A stretch of DNA of 64,000 nt from positions 5,529-69,528 of the forward strand of contig CAYHEW010000020.1 of the NCBI GenBank assembly GCA_964355715.1, in the 5' to 3' direction. The notes beneath the pieces were generated by a model. That model was not told the origin of the DNA. It worked only from the letters and a program-made list of their open reading frames with translations, and searched no databases. The position numbers were made by a program, and so were the translations under genes. This DNA is from an uncultured Opitutaceae bacterium (GTDB lineage Bacteria > Verrucomicrobiota > Verrucomicrobiia > Opitutales > Opitutaceae). Numbering within the stretch: position 1 is the first letter of the stretch; every line of letters starts with the position of its first letter. Positions 57,493 to 64,000 of the stretch are shown one piece after another.

Positions 57493-58611
57493 TCAGGAAT
57501 CGTTCGGCTTGGGATCGAGCTTGAACTCGGGCGACAGGGCGTTGTCGACGGCGACAGCCGCGCCGTTGCGCAGCTTGAAGACGCCGGTGGTCACGACAGT
57601 CTCGCCGGCCTTGAGGCCCGACTTGACGGCCACGAAGTCGCCGCGAGTGACGCCCAGGCGGACGAACTGCTGGCGCACGACCTTGCCGCCGCCCTCCTTG
57701 GCGTCCTCGACGACGAACACGGAGTCGCCGTACGGCGCGTAGAGCACCGCCGTGGCCGGGATGGCGAGGACGGCATCGTTCGTCGGCAGCACCACGGCCA
57801 CGCTGGCGAACATGCCCGGCCGCAGGACGGCGGAGGGATTCGCGAGGGTCGCCTGGACGCGGACGTTGCGGGTGGCGGCGTCGACATCGGGGTTGATCGC
57901 CGTGATCTTGCCCTCAAAGGTCTGCCCCGGGGCCGCGTCGCTGGTCACACGCACCGTGAGGGCGAGGTTGAGGCGGGCGAGCTCCTGCTGCGGCAGGGTG
58001 AAGTTGATGAAGATCGGGTCGAGCGTCTGCAGGGAGACGATGGCCTCGCCCTCCTTGAGCGTCTGGCCGAGGTTGACGAGGCGGATGCCGAGGCGGCCGG
58101 AGAACGGCGCGCGGATCGTCTTCTTGGCGATGGTGGCCCTCACGTTGTCGGCCTGGGCCTGCGCCTGCTTGAACTGGGCGTCGGCGGCGTCGAGCTCGGA
58201 CTGGGCGATGGTGGCCTTGCCGATGAGTTCCTGGGCGCGGGCGAGGTTGACCTTGGCGAGGGCCATGCTCGCCTCGGCGGAACGGAGCATCGCCTCCTCG
58301 ATCGAGGTGTCCTGCTGGAGGAGGAGGTCGCCGGCCTGCACCGTCGCGCCGGGCTCGAAGTGGATGCCGACGACCTTGCCGGGCGACTCGGCCGCGACGG
58401 TCACGCCCTGCACGGCAGTGAGCGAACCCACGGCCTTGAGGGTGGGTTCCCAGCGATCCTCGGTCACCGCGATGGTGGTGACGACTTCGGGGGGCATCGA
58501 GGCATTCGCCCCGGAGGCAATAAGGGCGGCGATCTGCATGCCCTTGATTCCGCCAAGCAGGCCGACGATCAGGAGGAGCCCGCCGGCAGTGATGATGATT
58601 TTCTTGAACAT
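57493..58611 (-). CDS. RND efflux periplasmic adaptor (MFP)
   Basis: 372 aa. Lipoyl/hairpin/beta-barrel layout (VAAESPGKVVGIHFEPGATVQAGDLLLQQD..., IRAPFSGRLGIR). Confidence 0.85.
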   Translation of the reverse strand: MFKKIIITAGGLLLIVGLLGGIKGMQIAALIASGANASMPPEVVTTIAVTEDRWEPTLKAVGSLTAVQGVTVAAESPGKVVGIHFEPGATVQAGDLLLQQDTSIEEAMLRSAEASMALAKVNLARAQELIGKATIAQSELDAADAQFKQAQAQADNVRATIAKKTIRAPFSGRLGIRLVNLGQTLKEGEAIVSLQTLDPIFINFTLPQQELARLNLALTVRVTSDAAPGQTFEGKITAINPDVDAATRNVRVQATLANPSAVLRPGMFASVAVVLPTNDAVLAIPATAVLYAPYGDSVFVVEDAKEGGGKVVRQQFVRLGVTRGDFVAVKSGLKAGETVVTTGVFKLRNGAAVAVDNALSPEFKLDPKPNDS

Positions 58612-58654
58612 GGTGTGGTGGTTAGAAGCGGTGTGGGGTGAAAAAGTTTCAAAG

Positions 58655-59233
58655 TTACGTCGGCCGTGAGGCGGCAGCCAGGGTCGAGGCCTGTTGCTGT
58701 ACCTTGACGAGCAAGCGCACGAACGTCTTACGCTCGGCCTCCGAAAGAACGCCCATGATGGCTGAAGTGATCCGGAAATGGGTCGGGAGATAGCGGAGCA
58801 GGAATTCCTCGGCCTTGGGGGTCAGCTGCACGGTCATCATGCGGCGGTCGGCCGGGTCGGGTTCCCGCTTGACGAAGCCATCGCGCTCGAGGGTGTCGAT
58901 CAGCCCGGTCATCGTGGCGCGCGTGACGCCGCAGGCATCGGCCAGGCTCGCCGGGGTGCGCGGCCCGCAGTCGCCGGCCGCCGGTCCGGCCGCGCAACGG
59001 GTGCGGTCCCCGCGCCAGAGCAGCATCAGCACACTGAAACGCCCGGCTGAGATCCCATGGGCGGCCATGTTCCGCGCATTCAAGCCGTAGGCCTCGTCGC
59101 TGGTGCGCAGGAGCTGCAAAAAGGCCTCCGCCGCCGACGGATCGAGGTCGGGGAATTCGCGCGCCGCCTCGAGCAGGCACTCGTAGCGCGGGAGGTCTTT
59201 GAGGAGGAGATAAGGCATGGAATGGTCCGGCAT
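58655..59233 (-). CDS. MarR family transcriptional regulator
   Basis: Winged-helix core PASLADACGVTRATMTGLIDTLERDGFVKREPDPADRRMMTVQLT. Start is ATG 59233 or ATG 59218. First gene of the efflux operon. Confidence 0.8.
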   Translation of the reverse strand: MPDHSMPYLLLKDLPRYECLLEAAREFPDLDPSAAEAFLQLLRTSDEAYGLNARNMAAHGISAGRFSVLMLLWRGDRTRCAAGPAAGDCGPRTPASLADACGVTRATMTGLIDTLERDGFVKREPDPADRRMMTVQLTPKAEEFLLRYLPTHFRITSAIMGVLSEAERKTFVRLLVKVQQQASTLAAASRPT

Positions 59234-59235
59234 GA

Positions 59236-59271
59236 TAACTATCAGGAAGCTGATAGTTAGGATGCTAACTA
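59236..59271. promoter_or_regulatory. candidate MarR operator (two overlapping AT-rich palindromes)
   Basis: TAACTATCAG-gaag-CTGATAGTTA (59236-59259) overlaps TAGTTAG-gatg-CTAACTA (59254-59271). Lies immediately upstream of the marR start, in an otherwise GC-rich genome. Confidence 0.5.
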
Positions 59272-59310
59272 CTATTGCAAGTCCGGTTTGCGGAAATCCC
59301 CGAAATAACC

Positions 59311-61302
59311 TCAACCCAGCGAACGTGCCGCGGCCACGACCGCCGCGGTCGTCACGCCCAGCTCCTGGTAGACCTGGGGCGCGGGAGCACTGAGACCGAA
59401 GCGATCCAGGCCCACGACCTTGCCATCGAGGCCTGTGTACTTCGCCCAGAGTCCGGTGACGCCGGCCTCGACGGCCACGCGGGCACGGCAAGACGACGGT
59501 AGGACGCTTTCGCGGTACTCGGCGGACTGGCGATCGAAGCGGGAGAAGGACGGCAGGGAGACGACGCGGACGCCGGCGCCCAGTTCCTTGGCCGCCGCGA
59601 GGGCGAGCTGCAGTTCGCTGCCGGCGGCGAGGACGATGTGGGTGAGCGGAGCGGTTTCCTTCACGGCGATGTAGCCGCCGCGGAGGACGCCCTGGCGCCG
59701 CTGGTCAACCGGGATGTCGTTGAGCATCGGTACCGCCTGGCGCGTGAGGGCCAGCAGCGTGGGGCCGTCGGTGCGCTCGAGGGCGGCGGCGAAGGCGCCG
59801 GCCGTCTCTTCCGGATCGGCGGGACGGATGACATCGAGGTTTGGGATCAGGCGCAGGCCGGAGACGGTCTCGACCGGCTGGTGCGTCGGGCCGTCCTCCC
59901 CCACTCCGATTGAATCGTGCGTGTAGATGTAGACGACCGGCAGCTTCGAGAGGGCCGCGATGCGCATGGACGGACGCGAGTAGTCGGCGAAAACGAGGAA
60001 GGTGGCGACGGACGGACGGAAGAGGCCGTCGTAGGCGAGGCCGTTGGCGATGGCGGCCATGCCGTGCTCGCGGATGCCGAAGCGGATGTTGCGGCCGTTG
60101 CGATTGGTGGCGTCGAAATCCTTGTCAGCGGCGATGTAGTTGAGGGTCGAGCCGTAGAGGTCGGCGCTGCCGCCGATGAGGAGCGGCAGAGCGGCGGCGA
60201 CCGGCTGGAGCGCATCGCGGCCCGCGGCGCGGGTGGCGAGCTTCGCGTCGGCGGGGAACGCCGGGATCCTCGCGAGCAGGTCGGCGGCGACGGGGGCCTG
60301 GCTGGCGCTGTCAAGGAGCGCGGCCTGGGCCGGGTTGGCCTCGCGCCAGGCCTTGTAGGTCTTGTGCCACTTGTTGCAGGCGCGGATGAGGCGGGCCTTG
60401 TGGTTGGCGAAGTAGCCGCGGACGTCGTCGCTGACGTGGAAGTGCTCGTCGGCGGGGAGGCCGAGACCGGCGCGCGCGGTGGCGGAGAACTTCGCGCCGC
60501 CCTCACCGTGGCCCTTGGCGGTGCCGGCGACCTCGGGAATGCCGCGGCCAATCTGGGTCTTGGCGATGATGAGCTGCGGTTTGCCGCTCTTGGATTTCTT
60601 GGCCTTGTTGTAGGCCTTGAGGACGGCGGCGAGGTCGTGACCGTCGATCGTCTGCACATCCCAGCCGACGGCCTTGAAGCGGGCGGCGGCGTTCTCGCTC
60701 TGGGTGCGGTCCGCCATGGCGTCGAGGGTGACGTCGTTGGCGTCGTAAATGAGAATCAGGTTGTCGAGCTTCTGGTGGCCGGCGAACGCGACGGCCTCCA
60801 TGGCGACGCCCTCCTGCATGCAGCCATCGCCGGCGAGGCAGACGACGTGGTAGTCGAAGACCACGTGTTCCGCGGTGTTGAAACGCGCGGCGGCCATCTG
60901 GCCCGCGACGGCCATGCCGACGGCGTTGCCGATGCCCTGGCCCAGCGGGCCGGTGGTGCTTTCGACGCCGGGGGTCTCGCCGAACTCGGGGTGGCCCGGG
61001 GTGATGCTGTGCAGCACGCGGAACTTCCTCACCTCATCGAGCGGGACGGCGTAGCCGCTGAGGTGGAGCCACGAGTAGAGGAACATGCTGCCGTGGCCGG
61101 CGGAGAGGATGAAACGGTCGCGGTTGAGCCAGCGCGGGCGATCGGGGTTGTGGACGAGGGCGTGACCGAAAAGGACGGCGCCGATCTCGGCGGCGCCGAG
61201 CGGTAGGCCGAGGTGGCCGGAGGAGCAGGCGTGGACGGCGTCGATCGCGAGACCGCGGGCCTGATTGGCGGCCTTGGCCAGGAGGTGGGTTTGCAGGGTC
61301 AT
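59311..61302 (-). CDS. tkt: transketolase
   Basis: 663 aa. Motifs: [21 protein letters not shown], and [17 protein letters not shown]. Confidence 0.9.
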   Translation of the reverse strand: MTLQTHLLAKAANQARGLAIDAVHACSSGHLGLPLGAAEIGAVLFGHALVHNPDRPRWLNRDRFILSAGHGSMFLYSWLHLSGYAVPLDEVRKFRVLHSITPGHPEFGETPGVESTTGPLGQGIGNAVGMAVAGQMAAARFNTAEHVVFDYHVVCLAGDGCMQEGVAMEAVAFAGHQKLDNLILIYDANDVTLDAMADRTQSENAAARFKAVGWDVQTIDGHDLAAVLKAYNKAKKSKSGKPQLIIAKTQIGRGIPEVAGTAKGHGEGGAKFSATARAGLGLPADEHFHVSDDVRGYFANHKARLIRACNKWHKTYKAWREANPAQAALLDSASQAPVAADLLARIPAFPADAKLATRAAGRDALQPVAAALPLLIGGSADLYGSTLNYIAADKDFDATNRNGRNIRFGIREHGMAAIANGLAYDGLFRPSVATFLVFADYSRPSMRIAALSKLPVVYIYTHDSIGVGEDGPTHQPVETVSGLRLIPNLDVIRPADPEETAGAFAAALERTDGPTLLALTRQAVPMLNDIPVDQRRQGVLRGGYIAVKETAPLTHIVLAAGSELQLALAAAKELGAGVRVVSLPSFSRFDRQSAEYRESVLPSSCRARVAVEAGVTGLWAKYTGLDGKVVGLDRFGLSAPAPQVYQELGVTTAAVVAAARSLG

Positions 61303-61361
61303 GGGAATCTTGCCCCCGACCTTACGACGCGCCCGACCGCGGGGAAGCAGATTCTGGCGAC

Positions 61362-61392
61362 AAAAAAACGCGAACCCCGGGAGGGTTCGCGT
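61362..61392 (-). terminator. rho-independent terminator downstream of rplS
   Basis: On the minus strand: 10-bp stem ACGCGAACCC / GGGTTCGCGT, 5-nt loop, then a T7 run (plus-strand A-run at 61362-61368). Lies 25 nt after the rplS stop. Confidence 0.7.
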
Positions 61393-61416
61393 CGAAAGGA
61401 AGAACGAGCGGTGTGC

Positions 61417-61794
61417 TTAGCTGGCGGGCGTCGCGGCCTTGTGGGTGAGGCGCTTTCCCTTGATGGCCATGGCGGCCTTGCCGGTGCGGCTGCGCAGGTA
61501 GTAGAGGCGGGCCTTCATGGGCTCGGACTCGCGGTCGACCTCGATCTTCTCGATCATGGGCGAGTTCACGGGGAACACGCGCTCGACGCCCTCGCCGTAG
61601 CTGATGCGGCGGACGGTGAAGGTTTCATGGATGCCGTGGCCCTTGATGGCGATGACGATGCCGGCGAAAATCTGGATGCGCTCTTTGTCGCCCTCGCGGA
61701 CCTTGGTGTGCACCTTCACGCCGTCGCCGACGCGAAACGCCGGGTTGTCTTTCTTAACCTGCGCGGAGGTGATTTCTTTGATGATCGGGTTCAT
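61417..61794 (-). CDS. rplS: 50S ribosomal protein L19
   Basis: 125 aa from ATG 61794. [49 protein letters not shown]...[18 protein letters not shown]. Confidence 0.9.
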   Translation of the reverse strand: MNPIIKEITSAQVKKDNPAFRVGDGVKVHTKVREGDKERIQIFAGIVIAIKGHGIHETFTVRRISYGEGVERVFPVNSPMIEKIEVDRESEPMKARLYYLRSRTGKAAMAIKGKRLTHKAATPAS

Positions 61795-61804
61795 GGCTTT
61801 GCGG

Positions 61805-62473
61805 TTATTTGAGTAAATCGGGTCGGACCTGACGGGTTTTTTCCACCTGACGCGCGTGCCGCCACTTCTCGATTTCGGCATGGTTTCCGGAGAGCAGGAC
61901 TTCCGGAACGGACATGCCCCGGTATTCGGCGGGACGCGTGTATTGAGGAAAGTCGAGCAACTTGCTGGTGAAGCTTTCGTGCGTCAATGACTTTTCCTCC
62001 CCGAGTACACCGGGGATGAAACGGGCCAGCGCATCGATCAAAACCGCGGCCGCCAGGGTGCCATTTGTGAGCACATAATCGCCGATGCTGACCTCCTGGT
62101 CGATGACCTGATCGCGGATCCGCTGGTCAATGCCCTCATAGTGGCCGCTGAGCAAAATGAGGTGCTGTTGGCGGGACAGTTCCTCGGCCAGAGCCGGGGA
62201 CAGCGGCACGCCATCCGGTGTGAGGTAAATGCGGCGGCAGCCGGGGGTTTGGAGTTGTTCGATGGCCGCGAAGACGGGCTCGGGCTTCATCACCATCCCC
62301 GCCCCGCCCCCGAACGGACGGTCGTCGGCGGTGCGGTGCTTGTCGGTGGTCCAGGCGCGCAGGTCGTGGACCTTTACCGCCAGCCGGCCGGACTCGATGC
62401 CCTTGCCCAGAATGCTCTCGTTGAGAAAGCCGTCCAGCATGCCGGGAAAGAGCGTCAGGACATCGATGTGCAT
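61805..62473 (-). CDS. trmD: tRNA (guanine37-N1)-methyltransferase TrmD
   Basis: [52 protein letters not shown]. Confidence 0.9.
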   Translation of the reverse strand: MHIDVLTLFPGMLDGFLNESILGKGIESGRLAVKVHDLRAWTTDKHRTADDRPFGGGAGMVMKPEPVFAAIEQLQTPGCRRIYLTPDGVPLSPALAEELSRQQHLILLSGHYEGIDQRIRDQVIDQEVSIGDYVLTNGTLAAAVLIDALARFIPGVLGEEKSLTHESFTSKLLDFPQYTRPAEYRGMSVPEVLLSGNHAEIEKWRHARQVEKTRQVRPDLLK

Positions 62474-62490
62474 GGGCGGGCAGAGGCCGG

Positions 62491-62529
62491 AAAATAAAAA
62501 TCGCCCAAGCCGGTGAAGGCGGGGCGATT
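62491..62529 (-). terminator. terminator/attenuator hairpin between rpsP and trmD
   Basis: On the minus strand: stem AATCGCCC...GGGCGATT with an inner GCC/GGC extension, followed by TTTTTATTTT (plus-strand aaaataaaaa at 62491-62500). Confidence 0.55.
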
Positions 62530-62552
62530 CGGTGCGAAAACTCGGGAGGGGA

Positions 62553-62813
62553 TCAGGCCGTCGTCGCGGCGGCGGCGCGGCGGGCGCGCTTGATCATGGC
62601 GTGCAGCGTATCGGTGGGCTTGGCGCCCTTGCTGAGCCAGTAGTCCACGCGGGCGAGGTCGACATTGAAGCCGCGGGCCTTGGCGCGGGGATCGTAGGTG
62701 CCGATCGACTCGACCGGATCGCCATCACGACGCGAACGGGCTTCGGCGACGACCACGCGGTAATGCGGCTGATGGGTGGTGCCTACGCGAGTGAGACGGA
62801 TTTTGAGTGCCAT
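62553..62813 (-). CDS. rpsP: 30S ribosomal protein S16
   Basis: 86 aa from ATG 62813. MALKIRLTRVGTTHQPHYRVVVAEARSRRDGDPVESIGTYDP. Confidence 0.9.
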   Translation of the reverse strand: MALKIRLTRVGTTHQPHYRVVVAEARSRRDGDPVESIGTYDPRAKARGFNVDLARVDYWLSKGAKPTDTLHAMIKRARRAAAATTA

Positions 62814-62917
62814 GTGCGGTTGATTTCTATGCGTTGCTTGATTGGAAAAGCCGTGGAGCAGACCGCCCGACAAATAGCTTGTCAAGCCCCGAGTCCCCCG
62901 GCTCCTTCAACCCCTTT

Positions 62918-64000
62918 ATGAAAGCCGGTATCGTCGGTCTCCCGAACGTGGGCAAGTCCACGCTTTTCAACGCCCTCACCCGTTCCCGCAAGGCGGAAGC
63001 GGCCAATTACCCGTTCTGCACGATCGATCCCAACGTCGGCGTCGTCACGGTGCCCGACGATCGCGCCTACGTCCTCCAGAAGATCGCCAAGACCAACGTG
63101 GTCATCCCCGCGGTCATCGAGTTCGTCGACATCGCCGGCCTGGTCGCCGGCGCCAGCAAAGGCGAGGGCCTCGGCAACCAGTTCCTGGCCAACATCCGCG
63201 AGGTGGACGCCATCGTGCAGGTCGTCCGCTGCTTCGAGGATCCCGACGTGGTCCACACCATGGGCAGCGTCGACCCCGTGCGCGACATCGAGGTCATCAC
63301 GACCGAGCTCGTCCTCGCCGACCTCGAGGCCGTCGCGAAGCGCATCGACAAGACCCAGAAAAAGGCCAAGTCCGGCGACAAGGAGGCGATCACGGAAATG
63401 GCTCTCCTGGAGAAACTTTCGCCGCACCTGAACTCCGGCAAGACCGCCAACACGCTCACGGCGACGCCCGAGGAACAGGCCCTGATGAAGCTCTTTCAGC
63501 TTCTCACCGCCAAGCCCGTCCTTTTCGCCTGCAATGTGGCCGAGAGCGATCTCGCCAATGCCGAGGCGGTCCCGTTCGTCCAGCAGGTCGCGAAATACGT
63601 CCAGACCCACCACGACGCCGCCTACGTGCCGATCAGCGCCCGCATCGAGGCTGAGCTGATCGACCTCTCGCCCGACGAGGCGAAGGAGTTCCTCAAGGAC
63701 CTCGGGGTCTCCGACTCCGGCGTCTCCAATCTCATCAAGGCCAGCTACGAGCTGCTCGGCCTGCAGACCTATTTCACCGCTGGCGAGAAGGAAGTCCGCG
63801 CCTGGACGATCCACAAGGGCTGGAAGGCCCCGCAGGCCGCCGGCGTGATCCACACGGATTTCGAGAAGGGTTTCATCAAGGCCGAGATTGTCTCCTATGC
63901 CGACCTCACCCGCCTCGGCAGCGTGGCCGCCGCGCGCGAGGCCGGGAAGTACCGCCTCGAGGGCAAGGACTACGTCTTCCAGGACGGCGACGTCGCGCTG
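62918..64000 (+). CDS. ychF: ribosome-binding ATPase YchF (3' end beyond window)
   Basis: ATG at 62918. G1 motif [21 protein letters not shown], then [22 protein letters not shown] and a TGS-like end ...[12 protein letters not shown]. The frame is open to the window edge. Confidence 0.9.
   Translation, partial: MKAGIVGLPNVGKSTLFNALTRSRKAEAANYPFCTIDPNVGVVTVPDDRAYVLQKIAKTNVVIPAVIEFVDIAGLVAGASKGEGLGNQFLANIREVDAIVQVVRCFEDPDVVHTMGSVDPVRDIEVITTELVLADLEAVAKRIDKTQKKAKSGDKEAITEMALLEKLSPHLNSGKTANTLTATPEEQALMKLFQLLTAKPVLFACNVAESDLANAEAVPFVQQVAKYVQTHHDAAYVPISARIEAELIDLSPDEAKEFLKDLGVSDSGVSNLIKASYELLGLQTYFTAGEKEVRAWTIHKGWKAPQAAGVIHTDFEKGFIKAEIVSYADLTRLGSVAAAREAGKYRLEGKDYVFQDGDVAL

Noticed and set aside
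62857-62885. A TTGACA on the minus strand (62880-62885) as the -35 box of an rpsP promoter.
   Set aside because: No convincing -10 hexamer lies at 16-18 nt spacing, and promoter consensus for this lineage is uncertain. The evidence is too weak to report as a feature.

Overview
High-GC bacterial chromosomal window. Hand counts of a few lines give about 68-70% GC. Gene content suggests a PVC/Verrucomicrobiota-like organism (DUF1501/DUF1800 pair, Ala at -1 of some prepilins, many URO-D-like paralogs), but this is inference only. I recognise about 50 real CDSs. Most other long ORFs in the track are Arg/Gly/Ala/Pro-rich shadow frames opposite or upstream of conserved genes.

Main blocks, in order:
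- Three tandem URO-D-family paralogs.
- A secreted M10-type metalloprotease with a poly-Gly C-terminal sorting tail, plus a translationally coupled partner, divergent from gspD-gspE-gspF.
- A lower-GC islet (phnA, GNAT).
- A rhombosortase-like rhomboid directly downstream of a Tat-signal DUF1501 protein with a second poly-Gly tail, and its DUF1800 partner.
- A minus-strand pseudopilin/assembly operon: GspC/PilP-like, then gspG-H-I-J-K-L-M.
- Phosphohexomutase, UDP-sugar pyrophosphorylase and ftsB.
- ExeA/GspB-like pair and a frameshifted priming glycosyl-phosphotransferase.
- A carbohydrate-type locus: fourth URO-D paralog, SSS symporter, ATPase-less ABC importer, PL22-like propeller, cupin.
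- Aas-like acyltransferase/ligase and a DUF2339 membrane protein.
- A coupled ABC-type ATPase plus Toprim-like two-gene cassette (defence candidate).
- potC-D-B-A, an AsmA/TamB-like protein and a marR-MFP-RND-OMF efflux operon.
- tkt, then rpsP-trmD-rplS (no rimM) and ychF.

The most interesting signals:
1. A T2SS, a rhombosortase and two GlyGly-CTERM-like cargos sit together within about 18 kb.
2. A family of modular nested-palindrome intergenic elements built from roughly 7-9 nt sub-repeats. It includes a 341-bp composite, one copy inside the gspH/gspI junction and one filling the gspE-gspF spacer.
3. The split ATPase/Toprim-like cassette.

No rRNA, tRNA, CRISPR array, transposase or integrase was seen.
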